DNA of 64,000 bases, from assembly GCA_002747745.1 (NCBI GenBank), contig PDQG01000008.1:13661-77660 (forward strand), written 5' to 3'. How positions within the stretch are numbered: the first letter of the stretch is position 1; each line of letters begins with the position of its first letter. The translations under genes and the position numbers were made by a program. A model generated the notes under the pieces. That model had not been told where the DNA came from and made no database searches. It was given only the letters and a program-made list of their open reading frames with translations. The DNA is from a bacterium DOLZORAL124_38_8 (GTDB taxonomy: Bacteria > Patescibacteriota > Gracilibacteria > UBA4473). Below are positions 39,091 to 48,917 of this stretch, piece after piece.

Positions 39091-39531
39091 TTATTGTGGA
39101 GATTTATGGTATTTGAAATATTTTTTTCCCAACAATATTAGACTTCCAATTATCGCTCCCAAAGTCATTTGAATCCAGCCCCAAAATACAACGAGTCCAA
39201 GAATAATTACTGATGGTTCGTTTCCATAATGAAGTTTTTTGGCTTCGATTGGCATGCTCAATATTTCGGGGATAGTGTAAAATATTATGCTTAGATTAAT
39301 AATTGAAGCGGTATAAAATGAATAGAAACAAATCTGTTTTATAGTTTTATATTTTACGAATAAAGTTAGGAGTCCTGGAATTAGTACCCATATCAGACTG
39401 AAGAAACTGGTATAAATTAAATGTAAAATTGGTGGTTCAATATATTCGTAAGAATAACAAAAAAGGATGAGGATGAATTGCAGTTCAAGTGTTAGTAAAA
39501 GAGTGGTTGGTTTTGATAGAAATTTAATCAT
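39091..39531 (-). CDS. Four-TM membrane protein (paralog of 39528..39917)
   Basis: Shared 'FLS.P', 'IW.LI.G..T', 'K.IC.YSFYT...NL', 'LGAIIG'. Confidence 0.7.
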   Translation of the reverse strand: MIKFLSKPTTLLLTLELQFILILFCYSYEYIEPPILHLIYTSFFSLIWVLIPGLLTLFVKYKTIKQICFYSFYTASIINLSIIFYTIPEILSMPIEAKKLHYGNEPSVIILGLVVFWGWIQMTLGAIIGSLILLGKKYFKYHKSPQ

Positions 39532-39917
39532 CTTTGTTTTTTGAAAGAAGTTATAATTATACCAATTATAGCACCCAATAAAAGTGGTATAAATCCATAC
39601 ATAAATAATAAAAATGGAATGAATAAGGCATCTTTTTCGTTATTTAGTAATCCGTATAACGTAAAAAAAAGAGTTCCTAAATTTACGGCTGTAATGGTAT
39701 AAAATGAGTAGCAACAAATGTGTTTAAAGCGACTACTTTTTTTAGCGATGATAGTAACGATGCCACTAATTAATGCCCATATTATTATGGATATGGTCAT
39801 TCTTAGTAAAAAAGTTATTCTGATTGAGGGTAAATTTGTTGTAAAGAACAATAAAACTAATCCAAATTGAATGGAGATTAGGCTTATTATTGAGAAAGGA
39901 TTTGATAGAAAATTCAT
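39528..39917 (-). CDS. Four-TM membrane protein
   Basis: Hydrophobic ORF, ATGA-coupled to its paralog. Confidence 0.7.
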   Translation of the reverse strand: MNFLSNPFSIISLISIQFGLVLLFFTTNLPSIRITFLLRMTISIIIWALISGIVTIIAKKSSRFKHICCYSFYTITAVNLGTLFFTLYGLLNNEKDALFIPFLLFMYGFIPLLLGAIIGIIITSFKKQR

Positions 39918-39921
39918 TATT

Positions 39922-41274
39922 CTAAAACACAATCAATTCGCCCATAATCGATTCAATATTTTCAATCGAATGTGTGTTTTGTTCGCCAGTAGTCATATTT
40001 TTTAATACAAAACTATTGTTTTCAATTTCTCGTTCGCCAATGATGGCCACAAACGGAATTCCGAGTTTATCGGCATAGTCTAATTTTTTTACAAACTTCT
40101 TTTTGTCCAAATATGTTTCGACACTTAATCCTAAAATATCACGTATTTGTTGGCTTAATTCAATCGCGTTTGGTACCAATTTTTCGTCTTGTGGTACCAC
40201 TAATATGTGGCTAGGAGACGCTGTGTCGGCTTGTATAATTCCAGCATCAAACAATTGCCCGAGTAGACGAGTGAGTCCGATAGAAATACCAACTCCTGGG
40301 AGATTTTTTTTCGTAAAAATTTTGGCTAAATCATTGTATCGTCCACCACTACAAATCGACCCCAGCGATTCGTGGCCAACTAATTTGGTTTCGTACACGG
40401 TTCCGGTGTAATAGTCTAATCCACGAGCGATTTTTAAATCAACTATAAAATTTTGAGCGGGCACTTTAAGGGCTTTAATTCCGGTTAAAACGGTTTCTAG
40501 TTCTTGTACACCAGTCGTAAAATCTTCGCCTCCGTTAATCCCTTTAAGATAGTTTAAAATTTCGGTTGGTTCACCCGTAACATTTGTAAATTCTAATATT
40601 TTGTTGGTTTGGTCGTTAGTTAACCCTTGCTCGGCAAAGTTTTCCATAATTTTGGCTGGTGGCAGTTTCTCCAAATCATCAACAATATCCAAAACAGGTT
40701 TAATTTTGTCGGCACTAATGCCTAAATCGGCAAAAAACCCAGTAAGGATTTTTCGGTTATTAATGCGAATCACAAATTCGCCAATGTTAAGTTTGGTAAA
40801 GATTTTGGTAATAATTGCCACCATTTCAGCATCGTGAAAGAACGACAAATTTTCGCTGCCAATCACATCAATGTCACACTGATCAAACTGTCGGTAGCGT
40901 CCTTTTTGGGCTCGTTCGCCTCGAAAAACTGGGCCGATGGCTTGCCGTCGAAACGGAAACGAAATATCGTTTAAGTGCCGAGCCACATACAAGGCCAGTG
41001 GTACGGTGTGGTCAAACCGGAGGGCGTTTCCAGAATGACTTTTGTCTTCATCGGTGGCTTGCAGTCGTCGCAAGGCATAAATTTCTTTGGGGTTTCCGCC
41101 TTTTCCCACCAAATTTTCGTCTCGTTCAACTAAGGGGGTATAAATTGGTTGGAATCCGTGGCTGGCGTAGGTTTCTGATATGACTTTTATCCATTGTTGT
41201 CGTACTTTTTCTCGCTTGGGGCAAAACTCTGGAAACCCAGACGGAGTGGAAACATTAAACTTTTTATTCATCAT
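39922..41274 (-). CDS. hisS: Histidine--tRNA ligase
   Basis: 'LRFDHTVPLA', 'VFRGERAQKGRYRQFDQCDID', 'RGLDYYTG.VYE', 'SGGRY'. Confidence 0.97.
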   Translation of the reverse strand: MMNKKFNVSTPSGFPEFCPKREKVRQQWIKVISETYASHGFQPIYTPLVERDENLVGKGGNPKEIYALRRLQATDEDKSHSGNALRFDHTVPLALYVARHLNDISFPFRRQAIGPVFRGERAQKGRYRQFDQCDIDVIGSENLSFFHDAEMVAIITKIFTKLNIGEFVIRINNRKILTGFFADLGISADKIKPVLDIVDDLEKLPPAKIMENFAEQGLTNDQTNKILEFTNVTGEPTEILNYLKGINGGEDFTTGVQELETVLTGIKALKVPAQNFIVDLKIARGLDYYTGTVYETKLVGHESLGSICSGGRYNDLAKIFTKKNLPGVGISIGLTRLLGQLFDAGIIQADTASPSHILVVPQDEKLVPNAIELSQQIRDILGLSVETYLDKKKFVKKLDYADKLGIPFVAIIGEREIENNSFVLKNMTTGEQNTHSIENIESIMGELIVF

Positions 41275-41373
41275 TGACAATGATACTTTAAACTCTTTTT
41301 TGCACAAATAATTGTGATTTAAACTCAAAATGAATAGTATTGCTTCGAAGATATTTTTTAAATAAAAAGAACA

Positions 41374-41853
41374 ATGAAAGCCGTATTTAAAACCAATCGA
41401 GGAGATTTTGAACTAGAATTGTGGGATGAACACGCTCCAAACACGGTAGAAAATTTTGTAAAACTAGCCAAAGAAGGGTTTTACAATGACACGAAATTCC
41501 ACCGAGTTATTGAAGGTTTTATGATTCAAGGGGGAGACCCATTATCAAAAGATGATGAGCAAGTAGCGTATTGGGGAACTGGTGGACCTGGATACCAATT
41601 TGATTGTGAGATTCATCCAGAAAACAAAAACGAAATAGGAACTATTTCGATGGCGAATGCAGGGCCAAATACCAACGGAAGCCAATTTTTTATCAATACC
41701 AACGATAATCATTTTTTAAACACCAAACATACCGTGTTTGGAAAAATTTTGTCGGGTATGGATACGGTAACCGATATTGAACAAGTAGCAACCAACCATA
41801 TGGATCGACCAATGAATGATGTGGTGGTAGAGTTGGTTGAAGTGTTGGAGTAA
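41374..41853 (+). CDS. Cyclophilin-type peptidyl-prolyl isomerase
   Basis: 'FHRVIEGFMIQGGDP', 'SMANAGPNTNGSQFFI', 'HTVFG'. Confidence 0.96.
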   Translation: MKAVFKTNRGDFELELWDEHAPNTVENFVKLAKEGFYNDTKFHRVIEGFMIQGGDPLSKDDEQVAYWGTGGPGYQFDCEIHPENKNEIGTISMANAGPNTNGSQFFINTNDNHFLNTKHTVFGKILSGMDTVTDIEQVATNHMDRPMNDVVVELVEVLE

Positions 41854-41902
41854 TTTATTGGAGAAATTTTTGTCCGAAAATAGACTTGAACCACTGTTTT
41901 TT

Positions 41903-42964
41903 ATGAAAAAATTTGATAGAAATAAGCAAATTTGTTTGCCTCGGAAAGAATTAAAAGATACGCAGATTGACTTAGAAGGCAGAGCGTTGATTCTTGGGTT
42001 TAATGAACCTCGATTCCGTAAATCAAAAAGAAAAAAAACGGTGGGAGATATTGATTCGAAATTAAATGCTCGTTTTGTTACGTACTTTCTTCCGTTAGTG
42101 GAGTTAGCAAAACAGCAAAAAAATCCGCCCAGAGTCTATATAATGAGCGGCATTGTGGCGGCTCTAAGGTATAATTCTGAAACGGAGAATCAACGAAAAA
42201 TCCTGTTAGCCAACAATAAATTGAAAATTGATTTCTTGCAGAAATTTTTTGAATATTTTTTTGATGATACGTTTCTCTTAATTGAGTATGTGTGTCCGCA
42301 GGACATCCTTAAGGTGTCAGAAACGGAATTATTAAAATTCTGGGAGATAATAGAGCAACGGTATCCAGACGAATTGAGAACGTTAAAATTTCATTTAGCT
42401 AAATTTGCTTATCCGAGAAAATTTAATGTATCGGATATAAAAGATTTAACCTTAGAACAAAGAAATGAATTACAAACGATTGATTTGTCGAATCCTATAA
42501 CGTACTGTTTGTTTCATGTTTTTGCTTTAGGTGATATTAATTTTGAAGGGAATTATGTCCATTGTTCTCGTGGATATGTTTCGGTTGGGGGACCATCAGA
42601 ATCAGTTTTTAATACGTTTCGCGATTTAGCCTTTAAAACCTTAAAAGATTTAGATTATAAATTTTTTGAGAAAAAAATAGAGTTGTTCGATAACTTTAAA
42701 ATTGTTCTTACTGACGAACAAAAGGTTCCAACCCCGTACAATGGAATGATAAAGAAAAACGAGTTGTATGAAGTGACGTACGAAAACGAAAGAAGTTTGG
42801 ATTTTTATGACGAGGAACCCAAAATAAAACCACAAATGGATTACATGTACGAAAATATTGTACCAAAAGACCAATATAAATTATTTTGGAATAATTATAA
42901 AGCACGGTATTTCAAACTAAAAGAACGATACCGCAGGGCTTATGAGATAGAAGGGGAGTGGTAA
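41903..42964 (+). CDS. Hypothetical protein, possible class Ic aaRS-like fold
   Basis: ~353-aa ORF; 'YCLFHVFALGDI..VSVGGPSESVFNTFRDLA'. Confidence 0.65.
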   Translation: MKKFDRNKQICLPRKELKDTQIDLEGRALILGFNEPRFRKSKRKKTVGDIDSKLNARFVTYFLPLVELAKQQKNPPRVYIMSGIVAALRYNSETENQRKILLANNKLKIDFLQKFFEYFFDDTFLLIEYVCPQDILKVSETELLKFWEIIEQRYPDELRTLKFHLAKFAYPRKFNVSDIKDLTLEQRNELQTIDLSNPITYCLFHVFALGDINFEGNYVHCSRGYVSVGGPSESVFNTFRDLAFKTLKDLDYKFFEKKIELFDNFKIVLTDEQKVPTPYNGMIKKNELYEVTYENERSLDFYDEEPKIKPQMDYMYENIVPKDQYKLFWNNYKARYFKLKERYRRAYEIEGEW

Positions 42965-43029
42965 TTTTTTCTAGTTGTTTTTTATAAGATTAAAATTAAA
43001 TTTGCTTCCCTTATTTCTCTCGTTCAAAT

Positions 43030-43758
43030 TTATATTTTAGGAACAATAATACCCACATGATTTAAGGTTGAATTGTTTGGTGGGTAAAAGGTTGCTTCTC
43101 CTAGTCCTCCGGCAACAGGTCGACCGAATCCGGTTGGGAAACCTGCCTGAACCCATCCAGATACTGGGTGCGGTGAAAAACTATCAGCACTCATTATCTT
43201 TAATGCTTGCCGATATTTTGCATTCATTTCATCATTGTTTATTGCGGCCCTAAATACATCATGATTACAAAAATCTTCTACACTGAATGCTCCACCTTTT
43301 GCGTCTAGATATGTTTCTTTATCAATAGTTGAATAGGCGTTATCAATGATTTCTGGCATATATTGAGAATAATCAAATCCTCCGTCTTTTAATCCCTTCT
43401 TAATGGCCTTTGCTACTTCATTTGCTTCTAGTTGTTTATCTACAAAATAAACTTCATCTTCTCCCATAACAACATTGGTTGATGTTACATATCGGTCATA
43501 CCACACTAAAAACTTTTCTCGGTTTGCATGCATGAAATGTTTCATGGCAGCCATTACTTGAAAATATTCTTGCGATTTTTCTTGATTTATAATGTTTTCT
43601 AAATGAGGCATTTCTGTTAGCAGTATCCCTACAGATTCTATTCTTTTTTTTATTAATTCTCGGTAGGTAAGGAGTCGGTTTGACTCATCTATATTCGAGA
43701 ATAATTCCGGAATTGTTTTTCCTTGTATGAGTTGGATATTTTCTTGTAATGTTGTCAT
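43030..43758 (-). CDS. Hypothetical protein
   Basis: 242-aa ORF, no motif recognised. Confidence 0.65.
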   Translation of the reverse strand: MTTLQENIQLIQGKTIPELFSNIDESNRLLTYRELIKKRIESVGILLTEMPHLENIINQEKSQEYFQVMAAMKHFMHANREKFLVWYDRYVTSTNVVMGEDEVYFVDKQLEANEVAKAIKKGLKDGGFDYSQYMPEIIDNAYSTIDKETYLDAKGGAFSVEDFCNHDVFRAAINNDEMNAKYRQALKIMSADSFSPHPVSGWVQAGFPTGFGRPVAGGLGEATFYPPNNSTLNHVGIIVPKI

Positions 43759-43848
43759 GTTTTTATATTGAAATTTTTTTTATTTTTGTCAAAAAAACAT
43801 CGAAGTATTCGAGTCTTTGTTTTTTCATCTATTAATACTTAAGAAAAT

Positions 43849-43879
43849 GTTCCGCATTCGTTTATACGAATGCGGAACG
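43849..43879. terminator. Hairpin / terminator
   Basis: gttccgcattcgt-ttat-acgaatgcggaac. Confidence 0.65.
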
Positions 43880-43888
43880 GATTTTCCT

Positions 43889-44131
43889 TTACTTTTTCTT
43901 TTTACATAATCCAGCCAGAGTAATGATTATTCCTATGACTAGAATTATTCCTATTGGAATGAATATAGCATTCCAATTCTGGCTCCACACATCGATGAAC
44001 CAGACTAGCAGTAGGATAGCCAGAATAAGAAATCCCAAACTATCACCTGCTACGGATGTCATGATGCAAATCGCCATTGCTATCATGATAAAGAACAGGG
44101 TTACTCCTGTTTCTAATAATGTTGTTTCCAT
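43889..44131 (-). CDS. Small hydrophobic membrane protein (80 aa)
   Basis: ~3 TM segments and poly-Lys tail; own promoter and downstream hairpin. Confidence 0.65.
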   Translation of the reverse strand: METTLLETGVTLFFIMIAMAICIMTSVAGDSLGFLILAILLLVWFIDVWSQNWNAIFIPIGIILVIGIIITLAGLCKKKK

Positions 44132-44320
44132 AACTTTTTATTTTATTTAAATTTTTAACATAGTGAAACTGATAAAGATTCTTAAAAAATAAAAATGCTT
44201 ATCAGTTTCACCGTGTTTTATGGAAAAAGCACAAAGAAGAAGTAAAAGAGCAATAATTAGAAGAAAACAAGCTACATAATTTAAACAAATTAGTATTTGA
44301 ATATCATTCTAATTGATTTT

Positions 44321-44349
44321 ATTATAAATTATATTCCTTTGTTTGTCAA
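44321..44349 (-). promoter_or_regulatory. Consensus sigma-70 promoter
   Basis: Minus strand TTGACA-N17-TATAAT. Confidence 0.65.
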
Positions 44350-44366
44350 TATTGATTCTTCGACAG

Positions 44367-44396
44367 AAAAAAACACCGAATTACTCGGTGTTTTTT
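44367..44396. terminator. Terminator after V-ATPase subunit I
   Basis: aaaaaacaccga-attac-tcggtgtttttt. Confidence 0.75.
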
Positions 44397-44419
44397 CTTT
44401 CTTCGTCGGTTTTTAATAA

Positions 44420-46480
44420 TTATCGAAATGAAACGTATTTTCGTTTTCGAGAGAAAGCATCAAATATTGGCGCTCCACCTTTATAGAATTGATTGAAGAA
44501 TTCAATAAATTGCAAACGCATAGAGTGGATGAAGGCTCCTAAGGCTGAAAGGGCAAAGTTTAAACTGTGTCCGAAAATAGCAAAGGCAATTACCACCACC
44601 GGCACTAGGTATGGAGAAATTCCTCCCACAATGTCTCCTAATACCACCGCGGTTTGATTCATTGATGCGCCAATAATTCCGGTCGCTAATCCTAACGCCA
44701 TCAACCGTGAGTAACTTAACACACCTGAAAGGTATCCAATCAATCCATTGAAGATTCCTAAGGTACCCATGAGGGCCGCTTTTAGCACCCAAGCAATTCC
44801 TTTCAATCCAATAATTACTGGATTGGTTCCTTTTTCAATCTTAAATTCGCTTCGTCCTTGTGCCAAGACAAACAAAGCCGTGTAAACAAAGAAGATTGGA
44901 GTAACAATGCTGGCTGGGATAATTTCTGGCAAGGCTTTGGCCGCTACCCAAAGAGCGAGTAGTACCATGAAAACAAACCATCCAATTCCGTCAAGCCATC
45001 CGCCTAATGTGTCTTTCGTTGCAAATCTTTGGGCGGCGTCCATCAAGTGTCCAAATACTAATTGGATAAATCCAATGGCGAATACACCGGCCAAGAACAT
45101 GATTGAACCACTTCCTTTGAGCGGATCCATTAATTGTCCGTAGAACAAACCGTTGGCAGGGTTTTTCAAGAATGGAAGTTGGTCTGGTGTTAATCCAAGC
45201 CATCCTCCGAGGAGAACTCCACCGATAATAGCGGCGGCTCCACAAATAGCCAACATTCTAAATGAAACTTTTGAAGATTCTTCGTGTTTTCCAAAAATCA
45301 ATAAGAATAACGCTGGCAATAACATCAAAGTTCCGTATCCAACGTCTGATAAACAAATTCCAAACGCAATAACGAAGAATGGTGAAAGCCCGGCGGTTGG
45401 ATCAATTTCGGTTTTGGTTGGGGCTCCAAACATTTCTGTTAATACTTGGAATGGGGCAAATCCTTTGTTATTTTTCAATAAGGCTGGGATTTTTTCGTCT
45501 TCGGCTGGTTGGACTTTTTCTGCCACTACTTCACCCACAAACACTTGTTTTAACCAAGTTTGGAATTCTTTTAATTGAGCGGCTGGAATCCAACCTTCGT
45601 ATACAAACAAATTCTTGGTTTGCAAACTTTTTCGTTGGGTATCATTTTTGTCTTTTTTCCAAGAATAATAATCATACATGATTCGCAAATCATCTGATTT
45701 TTGTGCGAGTTCTACTCGTCGCACTTTTCCGTTTTGAATTTCTTCGTTTAAGGCCAAAATATTCGCTTCGAGTTCTTGAATAGCTTCGGCTGGCGTTTTT
45801 CCTTCGAATTCAGCGAATAAATTTTCTAAATTTACAATTTCAAATTTGTTTTGACTACACACACTTGTTACCTCGGTTTGAAGTGTTTTTGGATACGTCA
45901 ATCGAGCCAAAATCTTCCCGTTTACTTCATCGATAATTTCTATGTCTACGAGATTTGATTTTTCTGACATAGCCGCCAAAAATGCTTCTTGTTGAGCCAA
46001 ACCAACAATTCCAAAGACGGTTTTTGTTAATTGTGTATCGACTTTGTCTCCAATAGCAAACTGGAAATTCTTGAATGGTTCGAGTGCTTGGATTTTTTCT
46101 TTCAAAGCCTTGATGGCATTTTTGTTCTCAGCGAACATTACTTCTAATTTTTCACATTCAGTTACAAATGCTTCAAAATTTTCCGAAAACTCGTTCATTC
46201 GTTTTTCGGCTTCTTTTTCTTTCATGAAAATCAATCCTCCGGTCAAAATTGATTGTAGAACGGGTTTCTTCGGAGCTTGTTTTTCTAAAAATTTAAGGGC
46301 GAACTCAATTCGATTTAAATCAAATTTATCAAATAAATCGTGATGAGTTTTAATAGACATTTCTTCAAACGCTTTATTTTCAGAAATGTGTACCAATCCT
46401 TTTTTCTGTAATTCTTTTAGAAGAACTTTGGCGTGTTGGTGGAGTCCAACAATTTGAATTTTTTCTAAAGCAATTTTCAT
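44420..46480 (-). CDS. V/A-type ATP synthase subunit I
   Basis: 'EGWIP', 'EIDPT', 'FG.CLSDVGYG', 'LSYSRLMALGLA', 'FIHSMRLQFIEFF.QFY.GG'. Confidence 0.95.
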   Translation of the reverse strand: MKIALEKIQIVGLHQHAKVLLKELQKKGLVHISENKAFEEMSIKTHHDLFDKFDLNRIEFALKFLEKQAPKKPVLQSILTGGLIFMKEKEAEKRMNEFSENFEAFVTECEKLEVMFAENKNAIKALKEKIQALEPFKNFQFAIGDKVDTQLTKTVFGIVGLAQQEAFLAAMSEKSNLVDIEIIDEVNGKILARLTYPKTLQTEVTSVCSQNKFEIVNLENLFAEFEGKTPAEAIQELEANILALNEEIQNGKVRRVELAQKSDDLRIMYDYYSWKKDKNDTQRKSLQTKNLFVYEGWIPAAQLKEFQTWLKQVFVGEVVAEKVQPAEDEKIPALLKNNKGFAPFQVLTEMFGAPTKTEIDPTAGLSPFFVIAFGICLSDVGYGTLMLLPALFLLIFGKHEESSKVSFRMLAICGAAAIIGGVLLGGWLGLTPDQLPFLKNPANGLFYGQLMDPLKGSGSIMFLAGVFAIGFIQLVFGHLMDAAQRFATKDTLGGWLDGIGWFVFMVLLALWVAAKALPEIIPASIVTPIFFVYTALFVLAQGRSEFKIEKGTNPVIIGLKGIAWVLKAALMGTLGIFNGLIGYLSGVLSYSRLMALGLATGIIGASMNQTAVVLGDIVGGISPYLVPVVVIAFAIFGHSLNFALSALGAFIHSMRLQFIEFFNQFYKGGAPIFDAFSRKRKYVSFR

Positions 46481-46504
46481 AATGTAATTTTGGGAAGAAA
46501 AAGA

Positions 46505-46861
46505 TTATGCACTAATAGTTTCTAATAAAGTAGAAAAGGCTTCAGCATTTAATTTAGAGGCTTCTACTTGTTTCTCTTTTTTTAATACTTCTGTGTCGGC
46601 TTCGTATTTTTGAACCATTTTTTCAACCTCTTTGTCAGCGGCTATTTTAGCGGCTTCTAAGGCTGATTGGTTGGCTTTTCGAGTTTGTGCCAATGTTTCT
46701 TGTTTTTGTGTTTCTCGATCGGCTCGAGCTTCGGCAACGGCTTTTTGTTTTTTATCCAAAGCGGCTTGAGTCATTGTTTCGGCTTGAGCTTCTGTTTCTT
46801 GGATACTTACCAAAAAATCGTTGTGACTTTTCTTTCCATGGGTGTCTTTTGTATTACTCAT
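46505..46861 (-). CDS. V/A-type ATPase peripheral-stalk subunit (G/H-like)
   Basis: 118-aa A/E/K-rich helix directly upstream of subunit I. Confidence 0.65.
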   Translation of the reverse strand: MSNTKDTHGKKSHNDFLVSIQETEAQAETMTQAALDKKQKAVAEARADRETQKQETLAQTRKANQSALEAAKIAADKEVEKMVQKYEADTEVLKKEKQVEASKLNAEAFSTLLETISA

Positions 46862-46998
46862 AGTGTTGTTTGGTAAACATAAATAATCAGGCGTATTCTT
46901 TTTGGATCGTCAAAAATGTCAACTAATTTTGAACTTTTTTCTGAGTTTTTTGGTCCTCCTTTTAAAAAGGGTTTGTAAAAGTAAAAAGGCCTCGTATA

Positions 46999-48483
46999 AT
47001 GCAAACCGATATGAAGCATATAAACACAAAAAGGAACGCAACTGGATTATTTATATTCCTAATGACGATGGTGTTAGTGGGATGTCAAACCACCACCCAA
47101 ACAACCGAATTGCCCCCCCAAGAAACGCCGAGCGTGGTAACCGCTCAAGAGTCATTTGAACAAATTCAAAACACCGTACAACGACTGAAAAAAGATTCGC
47201 AGTACCAAGCGGCCATTTTAGAGGCGCATAAATTATTGAAAAAATATCCAGAAAATCGAGTAGGCTATTTAGTGTTGGCTGATTTGTATGCTGGACAGTC
47301 AATGACCGAAAAGTTATCAAAGTTGGTTGATGTTTTGGCGCAAAAGTTTCCGAACGAAAAGGGGGTGTTGCTTTGGCAAGTAAAACGAGAAATCCAACAA
47401 GAAGATTTCCAAGGAGCTTTGGATTTGATAAATCCACTTTTGTCAGACAAAACAGACGCTGATTCATCGGTGGCTGACCCAGAAGTTTTGTATTATTATG
47501 GGTTATTGAAGATATTACAAAACGATATTGAAGGTGGAAAAGTGGTGATGCAAGCGTTACGTACCAATGATGAAGTGTCTGAATCAATACGCAAACAAGC
47601 CGGCGAAATAGCAACCATTTATGATAATTTTTCAGAATTTTCTGACGGAAAAAATGCACACTTTTTTGCGTTATTAGCGAAAAGTTTGATTGATCATCAA
47701 GAGTATGTATTAGCCAAAAAATTTGCGGAAAATGCCGGAAAAGAAGATGCAAACTACATTGATGCTTGGATTTTGTCGGGGGTGGCAAATTTTAAAGTAG
47801 GAGATTTTGAGGCCGCGTTAGTTGATTTGAACCTAGCGTATGATCAAGATCCGTTACGACCAGAAACACATTTCTTCTTAGCGGAAACACTCCAAAAATT
47901 AAGACGCTACACCGAAGCCGCTTTGTATTACGAAAAAGCTCTAGAAAACGGATTCGAATTTAATGATTCGGTAACCCGCCAGTTGATTGGGATTTTTAGT
48001 CGGCAAAAAAAGTATGATAAAATCGTCCAATTATATGAACGTCTTTTGCAAATAGAAGACGCTCGTGCTGATGAGTTTATTCCAGCTATTAATGTAGTGT
48101 TGAATAAACAAAAAGATCCGCAGAAAGCGTTGGACTTAGCGCAAAAAATATACAAAAAGTTCCCGAAGAATACGGTAACGTTGAATTTGTTAGCGTGGGC
48201 ACAAATGGACAATAATTTGTTGGAAGAGGCACAAAAGACACTAGATAAAGCGTTTAAATTGGAAAAAAACAATGCACGAACATTCTTAAATCAAGGGTTT
48301 TTGTTGGAAAAAGAATCTGAATTAAATGAAGCCGTTGAGTGGTTTCAGAAAAGTTATCAACGGGGAAAAGAAACGGGGGAGTCGGCGATTACGAATTTAG
48401 CGGCAGACAAATACAATGAACTCGTGCAAAAGGTTCAGGCCACCGTGTCGTCTGATTTGGAACGTCCAACGAGTGCTCCATAG
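46999..48483 (+). CDS. TPR-repeat lipoprotein
   Basis: Lipobox 'LVGC' and multiple TPR-like helices; start may be 47011. Confidence 0.85.
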   Translation: MQTDMKHINTKRNATGLFIFLMTMVLVGCQTTTQTTELPPQETPSVVTAQESFEQIQNTVQRLKKDSQYQAAILEAHKLLKKYPENRVGYLVLADLYAGQSMTEKLSKLVDVLAQKFPNEKGVLLWQVKREIQQEDFQGALDLINPLLSDKTDADSSVADPEVLYYYGLLKILQNDIEGGKVVMQALRTNDEVSESIRKQAGEIATIYDNFSEFSDGKNAHFFALLAKSLIDHQEYVLAKKFAENAGKEDANYIDAWILSGVANFKVGDFEAALVDLNLAYDQDPLRPETHFFLAETLQKLRRYTEAALYYEKALENGFEFNDSVTRQLIGIFSRQKKYDKIVQLYERLLQIEDARADEFIPAINVVLNKQKDPQKALDLAQKIYKKFPKNTVTLNLLAWAQMDNNLLEEAQKTLDKAFKLEKNNARTFLNQGFLLEKESELNEAVEWFQKSYQRGKETGESAITNLAADKYNELVQKVQATVSSDLERPTSAP

Positions 48484-48508
48484 AATATGAATTGAAGATG
48501 AGATTTTT

Positions 48509-48889
48509 TTAAAAACTTTCAAAAAAATCATCCATTCGGCGGCGGTCTTTTTTTACTGGGCGACCTTGGTCTTTTCGGTAGTGTTTTTTCTCAATCCGTT
48601 CTTTTTGCGGAGCGGCACTAAATATTTCTGGGGTTTCGTACTCGGTATGATCAATAAAATATTGGGCGACTTTATCTGCCGAAGTTTGTTTGTTAATGAA
48701 TCCAACTACTTCATAGTCTTTTGCTTGTTTTTGGTATTTGACCGTAATTCGGTCTCCAACTTTAATTATTTTGGCCGCCTTGGTAGTGATTTGTCCGTTT
48801 ACGGATACTTGTCCTAGTTTGCAGGCGTTCGTGGCTTGAGTTCTAGTTTTTACTAATCGAACCGCCCATATCCATTTATCAAGTCTCAT
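48509..48889 (-). CDS. hslR: S4-domain RNA-binding protein (Hsp15-like)
   Basis: 'MRLDKWIWAVRLVKTR..A..AC..G.V', 'GRP.KKDRR'. Confidence 0.88.
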   Translation of the reverse strand: MRLDKWIWAVRLVKTRTQATNACKLGQVSVNGQITTKAAKIIKVGDRITVKYQKQAKDYEVVGFINKQTSADKVAQYFIDHTEYETPEIFSAAPQKERIEKKHYRKDQGRPVKKDRRRMDDFFESF

Positions 48890-48917
48890 CTTTTTTGAAT
48901 AAAATTTTTATACAAAA

